From positions 124,001 through 188,000 of the forward strand of contig JBNJNM010000010.1 in assembly GCA_052426225.1 (NCBI GenBank): a stretch of 64,000 nucleotides of DNA, written 5' to 3'. How positions within the stretch are numbered: the first letter of the stretch is position 1; every line of letters begins with the position of its first letter. Of the stretch, positions 47,874-60,338 are shown in pieces. This stretch comes from Zancudomyces culisetae HAW-14-8 (lineage: Eukaryota; Fungi; Kickxellomycota). A program made the translations under genes and the position numbers. The notes beneath the pieces are model-generated. The model had not been told where the DNA came from, ran no database searches, and saw only the letters and a list, made by a program, of their open reading frames with translations.

Positions 47874-48887
47874 GCTCCTACTTACTAGTTCTTTTTACAA
47901 TCCCTTTTTGTTTTTCAAACAGCTGTATCACTCGCTAAGATAAATGCGACTGACAAGCTAAAGCGTAGTAATTGTCAATGTAATATATATGTTTAAGTGT
48001 TGGTATATATAATTGAATGTAAATATACTTTTAAAATATATTTTCTGTGTAAATTATTTTTGTGCTTTTCGCTAGCCCATCATTTGCGGTTCTTTGTTAT
48101 ATTTGATTGAAAGTACAATTTGATTTATTACTGTTCGTCCATTCTGTTTGTTTATTTTTATAATCATTCCAATTTTTCATTTCTCATCTCCCACTTTGCA
48201 TGACTCACCTGAGTGATTAACATCACATCTAAAATATCGGTTTCTGTCAGCAAAATAACGCTTCGTTCGAGTTAATTACTGAAACTCAAGGAGTTATAAC
48301 ATCTCCAATGGTGGAGGCTCACATTGCAAACTCGTATTAGTAATTAAAAAAGATCACTGTCAAAACTGGAATAATGGAATTTCATGTCTTTTTAAGTGGT
48401 GGGAATCTGAATAATCAAGCATATGTTACTAAAGATTTTGTAGATTGTTGGAGATAGTTTTTATTGAAAAGGCTGTGACAGATGGCTAGTTCCTGCTGTC
48501 GTTTGCTGGAGTATGTTAAAAATAATGAGCATCTTTACTGGGTGTGAAGTATGTTTTGGTGTTTGTGTATATCCATGCGCGTTTTACAGGCAACATTACA
48601 TTAAGAAAAACAAAAGTGATGGATAAAATAGAAAGGATGGGTAATATCTTTGTGCATATATCCACCTGTTGAGCGTAGATATACGTCTTGTTGACCCTTG
48701 TGCGTCTTAAGTATATGGTAACATTTCCGTCATTAGTTTTATTCCACTGAATAGAATATTGGTGACTAGGTTTATTAAATCTGATTTAAAAGTATTGATG
48801 TATAAATTAACCATCCCCCCTCCCCTCCCCTCCCCTTTCCCACCTTCGATCAAATGTGAAAACATAAAAAGGTTATTATAGGTCTAT

Positions 48888-50432
48888 TTATGAAACTGGC
48901 TTGTAATAAATGGTCGTGAGATACTAAACAAGTATACAACAAAAAAATACAAATAAATATCAGTTATATAACAGTAATCGTTTTTGAAGGAAAATAAGCC
49001 GTAATATAAGCTCACTTACTTTTTTCCGGTACCTTGACGTGCTCGAGACTGCCATAACGTTGTCTTTTATCGAACAAGCATACAGGTGGTTAAGAACCAC
49101 GGTGTTTGGTATAGGTAAAACACTTGGATCATCTTTGGATATCTCGGTAGAATTCAAAAGCACCTGGTTGAGATGAGGTGGTAATGCGGGTGGTACCTTT
49201 TTTGCGCCACTTCCCTTCATACGATCCATCGCAACTAAATTGGGAATCACTCTACCATAGTCACCAGGCGGTGAACCGGACATCAGGTCTATTTTTAAAT
49301 GATGGTAGAACATCGGTTTTGTGGGTACAAAAAAAATAGAGCCTTTTGATAAAAACATCACAGCTTATACAAAATTAGTGATTTGGAATTAAAATGACAA
49401 GTACCTGAAGATATTCCCTCGACATTGACATCGTTTGCTTCATCTTCGCCAACGTTAATTATCACGTCCTCAACTTTAATATAGTTTACCAGGTTTCCAC
49501 TATTATCTGGTGCTGTAACGAGATTCCTGCTATATCGCCACTCACCATCCACCACAAATTTTAGACAATGCATTCCGACAGGCAAATTAATGACAATAGA
49601 CCACAACGATTCGCTATTTGGTTGGTTTTTCGTGTATTTTCAAACTCTTCTTCTTATGCTTGATATATAAATATACAATTTTCGCCAATAAAATGGCTGC
49701 TAAATTAACTTTGGCGGAACACGTACTTTTTAGTCATTTTTATCTTATACTTCCATTCATTGAACGAACCAGCGACATAAACAACTTCTGCTGGATCTTC
49801 CCATTTGATAAGGGTAGGTACTAGGATATCCTCTATTATATACACATCAACATTATTATCAAAATAAGATATTTTTACCATTATTACCACCAGAAAATAA
49901 ATTCGCATTATTATTTCACCCTACCATCCATCACTGTGTCATTTATTTTGAGCTCGCTTATCTTTGGACCATTAACTTCGTGTTCAGCAAATAGTTCCAT
50001 TTGGGTGTCTCTAGGCAACGTTTCTGGTATAGTCTCCGGCATAAAGTATTGCCGTTTTCCTAATTCTAGCTGTTGGTCGATTCCAAAGGAGTCCCGGTTG
50101 TAACTAGAAGCACCAGGTCTTTCCATTCGGTTCCCCCTAATTGGTATACTTCCAGCCCTGTGGTCCAGTAGCGGCGAACCCACAACTGGTACGTCTAGCT
50201 CCATGCCAATTATCCCTTTAGCGTTTTTATTGTACATCCCATGTTTTTGCACAGATTTGTTTAGCACATAATCTCTGGGATTCATGGTATGTGCAGCCTT
50301 CTTGGCAATTGGGATCGCTTTTTTTGCTGGAAGATCATCTTTGGTGTTTCTCTCGCTCTCATTAGAATCGTTTGGCGTAAGATCACCAAAGGTGTGAGTG
50401 TGTTTTTTTTCGTTTGAGTGTGCGTTTCCCAT
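48888..50432 (-). CDS. SNF1/AMPK beta subunit (Gal83/Sip2 family), multi-exon
   Basis: N-myristoylation MGN..S, CBM48 (VPTLIKW..VYVAGSFNEW, KFVVDGEW, GNLVNYI), C-terminal PPALPPHL..LP.PN.VVLNHLYACSIKD..RYRKK|YLTTIYYKP. Confidence 0.95.
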
Positions 50433-51632
50433 TTAAAAGTACTATAAGCTTATAGCTTTATAACGCTGTCAGTGCTGTTTTTTACTATCTTTATTTTTTT
50501 GAATATCCGTCTTGTGTTTTGATTAGTGAATACAGTTAGTGGTATTGACCATCGAAAAGCTGATTTTATTTCGGTCTACAGTTACGGTTGCAGTTACAGT
50601 TAGTTACAATCATAAAAGTAAGTGTAAAAATTAGTAGGAGGAAAAAAGTAAAAGGTATTTTATTAAATGAGAAATTTAACCTGAATTAGCCAATTTCAAC
50701 CATTAAATTGAGTTTACATAAGAATTGAGCTCTAATTTAAATTATGGTTAAAGAACGCATTTATTTCAAAAGTTTTGAGCAGTCATTAATTCGTTGTATT
50801 TACTATCACAATTTGACGTTGGGCTGGGTCTTCCCCCTCCCACCTCTATAAAAATATAAATACACCTCCACAGCGCGAAGATGCGTCCCAGCAAACACTA
50901 TACATAAGCTGGGTAGAAAATTGTCAATATTTCGACTATACTCGACACCACTAGCACAGCATCTTGCTATTATTTTGTGTAAATTGACTTTCAGAGTTTT
51001 TTTTTAACCATGCAACAAGATGTACGGGCGTTTTGTGACTTTTGTCCCATGATAACCGTTTTATTCTGAATAAATGCAAAGTGCAGCTAAGGATGAATAT
51101 ATCTCATCAGCGATAAAGATTAAATTTCACAACGCCAAAGATCTACAACAAGTATAAGACATTTGACCTCCTCGCCCATTTGTGGCAACTTCTTTCACAA
51201 TCTCTTTTATAAGCTTGGTTAGTTTTACAATAATAACATCCAAATATTAAAAAAAGCACATTTTCCCTGATCAGCTTTTTTACGCCGCATACTCATGGTT
51301 GACTTGCAATCCACTGTATAAAACCTACTCAACAAAGATGGTTGCAAAAACAAACCCGCAACCCAGAATTTTCTTTGGGTAGCAGAAACATTTACCACAA
51401 TTTTAGTGACTTGTTTCTGCTTTGTATCGAGTTATAATTTAGCTGTATAACACAATTGAAAAACATCTCATTAACTCATAATAAACCTATTCTTAGCAAT
51501 CCCATAAACTTTTCTCGAGTTAGCTATAGTATAAAAAAAAATGTTTAAACCGAACACCAGTTAGAAAATAATCAAGTTAAAAACAATACATCTGGTAAAT
51601 ATTAAACTTTACACTAAAATAAAATCCCACGG

Positions 51633-52811
51633 CTATTTTTGCTTGATACGAAACTGGTTGATCTTGTCTCGTATAGTAACAGGTGGTTTATTGGTCGCAT
51701 TATGCTTCTTAGAAGTAAATCCTCTTTCAGGTATAGTAGTAGATTCACTCTTTCCCATGGAACCTGATAAAGGACTCTGTTTGGAGACTTTATCAGCATT
51801 TTTTGTTTCTCCCGCTTTAGCATTTTCGATAGACCCGTCGCTAGAAACGTTGGAAGGTTTTCTCTGTAGCAAATTTTCACTAGTAGTTTCACCCCTCAAC
51901 CCACGAAATTTGGTGAAGTTGTTACCTAAAATATTGTGAAAGGAAGAATTAAAGTTTGAATATTTGCCTTGGTTGCTTTGGGGTAGCTTAAACTCATCGG
52001 TATTTCCACGGTTGTTTGATAATGTCATTTTTTCACCAAAAGAACCGATAGCCTCAGCTGCTACAGCGTCCTTGGAAGGTCTATGAATAAGATCCTTTTT
52101 TCTGGTTATACGGGATGGTGAATCAAGAAAAATTAGCTCGCCACCCTCTTTTTTAAGAACATTGACAAAGGATTCAAATTCATCTCGATCCTCCTGGGTG
52201 TTTTCGAAACCCCCTACCTTGTGCTTTGGATCTCTGTTCGGAAAGTATATAGAATTAACACGCTCTGATAAGCTTTCCCTTTCACCCTTGTTTACAAGAG
52301 AATTTCTTGAGGATAGCCCTGCAATACTCGATGCATTCGTGTACTTTTTAATCTGGCTCATCTGTTTTTCCTCCTTCAACTGCAATATTTGCACCTGACA
52401 CTCCTTCAATTCATCTTCTAGCTCTTCAATATCTTGTTGTTGATCTTTTATTTGTTGTCGAAGCTTTGCGATAATCGCATCCTTTTCATCCTGGCTACTT
52501 GAGTTTACTTTTATATCTTCTGATCTCCCAAACTGATCATCTTTTATAAGCTGCTGAAAACTATTCTTTGATACGCCACTCAAAAAGGAGCTTACAGTAT
52601 CGACTGTTTTCTTGTCGCCTCTAGTTGACTCGCATACCTTTTCAGGCACATATTCTAAACAGAATTTTGTTTCTTCGGTCAATGGAAGATTGACTGTTCC
52701 TCCAAAATATCTATAAATATCGTCCAAAATTGTTTTTAATTCCGAAATTGCAGTCCTATATTGTTCGTTCGATATCATTGTACTATCTTCGTATTGGTTG
52801 TTTTGACTCAT
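51633..52811 (-). CDS. Hypothetical coiled-coil protein (392 aa)
   Basis: Long intact ORF with an ATG start and heptad stretch KDAIIAKLRQQIKDQQQDIEELEDELKECQ. No recognised family. Confidence 0.7.
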   Translation of the reverse strand: MSQNNQYEDSTMISNEQYRTAISELKTILDDIYRYFGGTVNLPLTEETKFCLEYVPEKVCESTRGDKKTVDTVSSFLSGVSKNSFQQLIKDDQFGRSEDIKVNSSSQDEKDAIIAKLRQQIKDQQQDIEELEDELKECQVQILQLKEEKQMSQIKKYTNASSIAGLSSRNSLVNKGERESLSERVNSIYFPNRDPKHKVGGFENTQEDRDEFESFVNVLKKEGGELIFLDSPSRITRKKDLIHRPSKDAVAAEAIGSFGEKMTLSNNRGNTDEFKLPQSNQGKYSNFNSSFHNILGNNFTKFRGLRGETTSENLLQRKPSNVSSDGSIENAKAGETKNADKVSKQSPLSGSMGKSESTTIPERGFTSKKHNATNKPPVTIRDKINQFRIKQK

Positions 52812-53435
52812 TTTGACGATTTTTTTACCTCTGCACTATTCTCATTCACCTTGAATGATTTCAACAGATTATTCTAAATTACAAATTCTGGGGAAAGAGT
52901 GGATTCTCAGACTAAGGAATCGCACAACTAAACGAAATGTTCAATTTCAGGGAGTGATTTTCTAAATTCTTTCTTTTAAAGCTCGTAAATCCCACTGTAC
53001 ATGTAAACTGCACTAAAGACGTTTCTACAAACTTTAAATGAAAAGGAATCTCTAAAATAAAATCAATTTACGTGGATATTTCGGTAGTTTGTAATTTACT
53101 ATTGTAATTCCACAATTCTGACCTGTCCTCGCAACAAATTCCCTTTTCCAGTGCTTTTTTTTTGCAAGATTTTGAGTTGGGCCAATCGGTAGGCTTAAAG
53201 GTAGATTTACCAGTATTTTTCACCAATAATATTGCGTTTGGTTGAAGAATTGCGCGAACAAGCAGCACTTGGTGGAGAAAAAAAATCAAAGCTGAGATGG
53301 GAACTTTTGGTGGTGTTATTATTATTAATGGCCAGAAATTTCAATATTTTTTGGGATATCACGATTAAATGATCTTTTATCTTTCACACTTTCTGCAATT
53401 TCCTTTTTGTCTGCAATTATAGCGAGCGCAAAAGG

Positions 53436-55033
53436 ATGAATTTCCAGACAGTAAGAGGAGCTACTACCCATCTTTTAGGCGGGGCTAAGAGGGGATTTTA
53501 TTTAAAAGCCTCAAGATCGTATTCAGCAGGAGCCCGTTCAAATCTTGGAACTAAAGCCAGTAACGCAATGTACGGATTGTTTGGGATTGTGGGACTAGGA
53601 GCTCTAGGTTTTTACTGCTCTGACTCCAGAGCAGCTGTTCATAAATATGTATCTACACCACTTTTAGGAATGTTTGATGAAGAAGTAGCTCACGACTTGT
53701 CGATCAAGGCCCTTTCTCTTGGCCTCTGTCCGATTGATAAGTCGATTGATGACAAAAAGTTGGAAATCGAGGTAAGTTGATGAAAATGCTTTTTTTGAAT
53801 ACAGATTTTTAGATATTAATTGTCATTTGTGCTACTCTTTCTATTATATCCAACTTGAATATACGCCAAAAAAAAATGATAGTAAGAACAATTTTAATCC
53901 CAGCCACCAGAACTTTCGACTTACCAACCAAAAAACATATTATTTTTAGATTTTTGGGAAAAAAATGTCGAACCCTATAGGAATGGCGGCAGGCTATGAT
54001 AAGAACGCCAAGGTGGCAGATCAGCTTTTTGGGTTAGGTTTTGGCGCGGTAGAAGTAGGAAGCATTACACCTTTACCTCAGGTAGGTATCGTTGTTTTAT
54101 TTTTCGATGTTTCCAATATAACTTTCACAGGCAGTTTTTTATCAGAACTAAAAATGCTCATTTCAACCAAAGGTAGGAAACCCAAAGAAAAGGCTTTTCA
54201 GATTGCCAAACAGTGAGGCAATTATAAATAGAATGGGGTTAAACAATGATGGAGTTGCTGTAGTAAAAGAAAGACTAAAAGCACGACTCTGGAGACATGT
54301 GACTAAGACTGAAAACCCAGAAAAGACTGCTATGCAAGCATACTCAGAAGTGTCCAGATCTGGAAAAGAGGGGCGTATTTTGGGAATAAACATCAGTAAA
54401 AACCACTCATCAGACCACGAGTCACCAGCTGATTTTTTGGTGGGCATCAAAGAGTTGGGTGCATTGGCAGATTATTTGGTGATAAATATAAGTTGTCCAA
54501 ACGTAAAAAACCTGGGGGCTGGTTCCGACATTAGCATTATGCGAGATACGCTAAAATCGGCTAGAGAAGAATGCAATGCGCTTGGGGCGAAGCAGCCAGC
54601 ACTTTTAGTGAAAATAGGGCCAGACTATAGTGACGAAGAGCTCGCAGTTATATCAAAAGTAGCTCTCGAATGTAGAGTCGATGGCATCATAACATCCAAT
54701 ACGAGCAGAAGTAGACCTGCATCTATCTCCCAAGATCATCCAAACTGTGAGGAAATGGGTGGTCTAAGCGGCACTCCAATAAAACAGCTTGCGCTAAATA
54801 CAACAAGAAAAGTTTATAAATTCACCGAGGGAAAAATACCTATTATTGGTTGTGGAGGTATAAGTACTGCGGAAGATGTATATGAGTTTGGAAAAGCCGG
54901 CGCATCATTTGTTCAGGTTTATACTGCAATGATTTATCAAGGTCCTGGGCTGGTCGCAAACCTGAAACAGGATCTTTCTAGCCTACTTGGAGACAAGAAA
55001 TGGAGTGAAATAGTTGGTTCCTCTGTGGAGTAA
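53436..55033 (+). CDS. URA9: Mitochondrial (class 2, quinone) dihydroorotate dehydrogenase, 3 exons
   Basis: Mitochondrial presequence + TM, E.AH, NPIGMAAGYDKN, EVGSITP.PQ.GNPK.RLFRL, INRMG.NN, INISCPN, LVKIGPD, GGLSG, IIGCGGI, QVYT. Confidence 0.96.
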
Positions 55034-55368
55034 ATAATTTTTCTGTCTATGTTTTCATTGTATTGACGATATAACACTTTCTTTTTATCACCCACCATTT
55101 TATCGCCAATACATATCTTTAAGTGTTGTTAATCTTTTTTTTTTTGTTTAATACATTTGAGATGAAACAAAAAAGAGTTTTAAATCAAAGCTGACCTATA
55201 CAAATTGATCAAATAGAGGTATCAAAAAATCAAAAATCAAAACTCAAAAAACCCTACAAGCTCATTTTTGCCATTTACTTACCTAAACCTTTTTTTAACA
55301 CTCCTGGTTTGGTGCTATGCTTTTACTTTATCGGCTTGGATAAATCTATCACCACGAGGACACAGACA

Positions 55369-56149
55369 ATGGAAGAAGAACTATTTAAAAAATTTGAGGA
55401 ATACGATTTTGAAAATGACTTGAGCTTCCAGGTGAGGATTTTATTGTATATGCTTTCTACCTCACTTGGATCAAAATACTCATTTTTCAGCGAGTGAGGA
55501 GGAGGCTAGTGTGGTGTATATACTGTTCAATCATCAATTCACCATTTTTTTTCTGGAAATTGAAACTTTAAACATTCACCTTTGTAAATAGGAAGGGCTA
55601 AAAGGAATCATAGGGGATGTGGAAAATTCCAATGACGAGATTATATTAAATGCAAAGGGGTATTATTTTGGAAGGTATAAATATGTCCTTTTTATCCATG
55701 ACTAGCTTGAGAAATGTGTTTTGGATACTTGGGATGCGTTATTTAATATTTTCAAAGCGATAATCGCCTCAAAATGGAATTTATATACTTGCTTGTAGAT
55801 TCATACAAGGCTCCACTTTTGATATAGCATCTTACAAGGAATGGGCTCAAAAGAAAAGCGAGTTCTCGGAGGAAAAGCGTAATTAAACTGCATTTTATCT
55901 TTATTTAGAACCTCTAACTATGAATATAAATGGGGTTTGTGCTCTGACTAAAACTAAATACGAACGCTGTAACCTTTCATGAAATATTTTTGTTGCTTAG
56001 CACCAAAGCCACTGACATTTAGCGAGGTAGCGGAAAGAATCCTCAATAATAGACCTATCGAAGGTATAAAGGTCATTCCAGATAATATTAGTGAAATTGA
56101 CCCTGAACCCTCAAAAATGTCTCCGTTGAAAAAGCCTTGGGAAATGTAG
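55369..56149 (+). CDS. PEX39-like (C6orf226/Yjr012c family) small protein with C-terminal KPWE motif, 4 exons
   Basis: Spliced: MEEELFKKFEEYDFENDLSFQ|EGLKGI..NAKGYYFG|RFIQGSTFDIASYKEW..|PKPLTFSEVAERILNNRPIEGIKVIPD..PSKMSPLKKPWEM. All phases are consistent. Confidence 0.8.
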
Positions 56150-56441
56150 GATAAGTTAAGCAGTGGTTACAGCTTTTATTTGAATAATGTATGTTTTGTT
56201 GGTGATGGTAAACAAAATAGCAGATACTCAAAAAAAAATGGTTTGTGCTCTCCCAAAGTGTTATAGCTACTGCCTTTTCTTTTTACCTGTGCTAGTTAGG
56301 ACTTTTTATAGATGAATGTTTGAAACTGGATCGATACTTGGAAGTTACCACCACGTAGCACTTTTAGACCATGTCCAAATGTGCCATAACTCCTTCTTTT
56401 TAAAAGGTATGCAGTAGTTTGCTTCTAGAATTGCCTGTGTG

Positions 56442-57521
56442 TTAATAAAATGAATCTATGGCATTTACAATGCCCTGTGGTGAAGGGGATTTGGCAATAT
56501 GGACGTTTTCAACACCGAAAACTTCTCGAATACGGGTAGCTGTAGTTTCACCTATAGAGACGACATTATTGATATTTTCACGCAAAAAGCTGATGTTTTC
56601 TGCTATTTTAGCAATTGTATCAACACCCGAAGGACTGAAAAAACACATATGTATAGGATGGGCCTTATAGTTTGGCATAAAACCATCTTCAATAACATCA
56701 TTGTTTTGCAGATTTTCTTTGTTGCCATCAAAGATATCTTTGGCCTCTTCGACTTGGTTTAGTATGTCCTCCGAATCCCGTGAATCAGTTGTGTATACAA
56801 TTCGCTGAATGTATGTGATGTTGTTTGCTTCAAGAGCAAGTGGAATCGTTTTCAAACTTTTATTGCCGCAAAAAAACACTGTGTGTGAGTTCAGATTGGA
56901 TTGTTCCAGGCTTTTGGCGTGAGCAACAATTTTAGGAACCAGTTCGTCAGCACATTTAGCTTCTACTGTGTTCCATTTGGGTTGTTCGGCAATAGCATGC
57001 TTTTTGAACACATCAATGATACCTGTCTTTAACTTTTCTAGTGTTGTAGGACCTATAGAAAAAATGGGAAGTTCAATAAAGTGGCACAAGTTTGAAGAAT
57101 ACTCTTTAATTTCTGCACTGGTAGCAAGCCTAGATAGAGTCAATTCGATTGAGTCCAGTACTGATTTAACAGCATTGAAGCTTGTAAAGATTAACATGCC
57201 ACATTTATAATGGTTATCTTGATTGCACATTCCAGACAACTCGCGGGAGGTCTGGGCTCGTATTTCGGCACTATTTTCACATCCATTCTCGTATCCAATT
57301 GTGTGTTTGTTACTTTGAGGATTGGTTGATGGCATCGCTCTTTTCATTATAAATCCGTATAATAGCTCGCTAATATCGTAATGTACATGTTTTAGTATTG
57401 GTATAGTCTTTGAAAGATAGCCTTGTTTGGTTAGTGCGGCTTCGTATGGATCCTGCTCATTATCATTTGTGTTTTTGGGCGATCGGAGCAAAATAACCAG
57501 TGGTTTATGCAATGTGCTCAT
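56442..57521 (-). CDS. HEM4: Uroporphyrinogen-III synthase
   Basis: ILLR..DPYE..L, LIFTSFNAV, IFSIGPTT, FFCG, IVYTT, FFSPSGV, SIGETTA, AKSPSPQGI. Start placed at MSTLHK (57521). Confidence 0.9.
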   Translation of the reverse strand: MSTLHKPLVILLRSPKNTNDNEQDPYEAALTKQGYLSKTIPILKHVHYDISELLYGFIMKRAMPSTNPQSNKHTIGYENGCENSAEIRAQTSRELSGMCNQDNHYKCGMLIFTSFNAVKSVLDSIELTLSRLATSAEIKEYSSNLCHFIELPIFSIGPTTLEKLKTGIIDVFKKHAIAEQPKWNTVEAKCADELVPKIVAHAKSLEQSNLNSHTVFFCGNKSLKTIPLALEANNITYIQRIVYTTDSRDSEDILNQVEEAKDIFDGNKENLQNNDVIEDGFMPNYKAHPIHMCFFSPSGVDTIAKIAENISFLRENINNVVSIGETTATRIREVFGVENVHIAKSPSPQGIVNAIDSFY

Positions 57522-60338
57522 TTTACGATTTTCTACTACAAAGATTCTGTTATATATTTTCTCTGTAACGTTGCTTGGGTTTTTAAGCTGATTTTCTTCA
57601 AATGTACAAAGCAGACTATATCTAGCATCCGTTTTTTCTATGTTTTTTAGCACGGTATATCCAACATTCAAGTTGGCTTCCCACTATTTTCGCTGTTTTA
57701 TTTTTTAGAAATGTTAATGGTGCTATCAAAGAAAATAGCCTTCGACCATTGGCTCTACAAAGCCAATATGATTTATGGATACAACATCTTTGAAAAACAT
57801 TTTGTGATTCGGACAAATCAAATCCCAAATGCATTAATGTCTGTACTCGAAAGAATTAATCAGGCAAGTGTTACCAAAATGTGGTAGGGTGCTATTATAA
57901 TATAGGCTAAGACCTCTTGTATACTACATACTAATAATGTATACGACCGAATAAACTCAAGACTCATGAGAACTTAATGTGTTTTAAATTTTATATAGTA
58001 TAAGAATAGTTGATTAGCTGATAATGTAGTAATTAAAGTATAGTGAACGACAATGTGTAGTATTCACTCGCACATCTGCTCACACACTCGTCTTTTCACA
58101 TTACTACTCGATGTGAGTTCCTCTACTCTGAATCCTTTGGCTAGGTTCAGTATATATATAATTTGATGTTTTATCCTATATATTTTGAATTGAAATGTGG
58201 GATGTCTGGAAGTATATAATATGAGTGGCATAAGAAATAGGAGGTTCTAGAAAAGAACAACAATAACAAAAGATGAATTAATATTGCACTTAAGCTACAT
58301 ACCATCATATAAGAATATTCCAAGATATTATCACTTGAGTATTCCTGCGTTATAGACGCTGAGTATACTGAGTTACGGACAAACCTCTTATCGAATCAAT
58401 AGTGGAATGATGTGGGTCAGGGGTTCAGGGTTTCTAGAGTGAAGGAGATATATCGACATGATTAACATAGACCCACCTTTGAGAAGTCATAAACAAAGAC
58501 AACGAATTAATAGCTGTTTATAATCAGCGTAGTTTACGTCATACAATTGTAGGTGAAATACCATTTGCATTTTTTTTTGATTCTAATAGTAATGCGAACC
58601 AAAAAAAACTCTTGAAATAACCAAGTTTGGAATATAAAAAAATCAAGTATCAAAATCTAGACGAGACAGCGATTATGCGATGAGCCATGGTTGTAAGAAA
58701 AGCAATCTGTTGTTGGTGCAAACAAATTATGTTTTCTTTTGTATTCTTTTTTCGCTAAAACCGTTTGCGAACACTTGTTTGTGGTTTTAGAGAATGCGCG
58801 ACCCATTTCCACCCGAAAAGTAAGATTCCCTTTATTTACATGGAATTGAATGTACTTGCAAAAAATAAAAAAATCAAAATTAAAATGTAGTTCCTGAACG
58901 TGTGATTAATGGAATTTGCAATCAAGTCTAAATAATTTATTGGTTCAAAATTAAATAACGTAATCTTAAGGCGTAAAAAAAAAACTTTTTGCACCGAGAA
59001 GCAGAATGAAAAATAAAACGAGCGAATAAACAAACGATAAATTTTTATGTGAAGAAAAAAAAAATCGCATTTCGAGATATCAAATGCAAACTTTGCGTTA
59101 TAGGTATTAATTTACGTTTTGCATTCTATCGATTTTGTTATAAAATTACTACATCAAAGATGCGAGAAGGAGCAAGTTTGGTCATGCATTTAAAAATGAA
59201 AACAAGGGCAATTTTAATGGTGCTATTTATGTTACCTTCACTATATTACAACAGTTGAAAAGGTAATTTGGAGACAACTAAAGTTCATTATGAAGCGAAT
59301 CAGTCAGAAAAATGTCTAACATTCAGGAATCGAGTTTAGAATACTTTAAATGTATTCTACAGAGTTTCTAGCTGAAGCGAAAAAAAAGAATAACTTCAAA
59401 AATGCATATTAATTAACTGTATACAATTATAAAAGTAGTAGAAAATTGATAAAAATAAACAAATAAATAAATAAACAAAATTAATGGATGGTTAAATAAT
59501 AAACGAAGAAATAATTGATGTAAATTCGTGTTAATAAACCATCACAACAAACCAAATTAAGGATTAAAAAAAATAATAGTAATAAAAAAAATAGTATTAT
59601 AATAAACATACTCACCAAGTATACAAAAAAATACTTATACTGGAGCAAGGCAAAGTAAAACATAAAACTAACGTTGCTTTTTGAAATGCTCAAGGTATAT
59701 TAGAACTTTTCAAATCACGATTCTTTCGCAGAATAAAAGATCTTGCTAATTACAAGTGTATATATGGAGTAAGAGGCGGAAACAAAAAGAATATTTTCCG
59801 GTTTTCGAGCTTGAGAGAAGAAAAATAACCAAAGGGATTAAATATTAAGATTAATTGAAGAGAACTAGAGTCTACTACAACTGTTCTTCGATACTGTGAA
59901 TCTATTACAACCAACGAAGGTGTTGATATCAAACCAATTAAAATATAAATAACGGCAATCATTGAATAGGTTCAAAAACGGCGGATATAATAAAAAAAGT
60001 AGCTGAACCTAAATAAAAAGCATAAATCAAACTAAAAGTAAAAAGTAAAAGGAGAGAATCAAAGTCGCTGCACAAGTACTGTTGGTATTTGCAGTGAAAA
60101 ATAAACAATCAAGTAGTAGCAAAGAGTAAAAAAAAATAGGCCTATAAAGCAAGCCTCATTTGGTTGACATTTAGAGAATATAATAGGATAATACGAACAG
60201 GGAGAGTATTAAAGGTGTTTAGGGTGGTAGACACTAATACAAAAATAAGTCAACCGGTTTAATACACAGATACAGATACAGATACAGATACATAAAGCAT
60301 ACGTACTTTGAAAAAACAAACAATAAAATAGGGCAAAT

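Noticed and set aside
48201-48207. TGACTCA (Gcn4/AP-1 site) upstream of DPB4
   Set aside because: A single 7-mer is expected by chance, and there is no functional link
50820-51450. Possible hidden spliced gene on the minus strand
   Set aside because: Could not assemble a stop-free spliced frame or recognise any motif
38216-57521. Heme/respiration gene cluster (DAP1, URA9, HEM4)
   Set aside because: The genes are separated by unrelated housekeeping loci; no evidence of functional clustering
57522-57671. N-terminal extension of HEM4 in the ORF track
   Set aside because: It starts at a non-ATG codon; the first ATG at 57521 matches the usual family start
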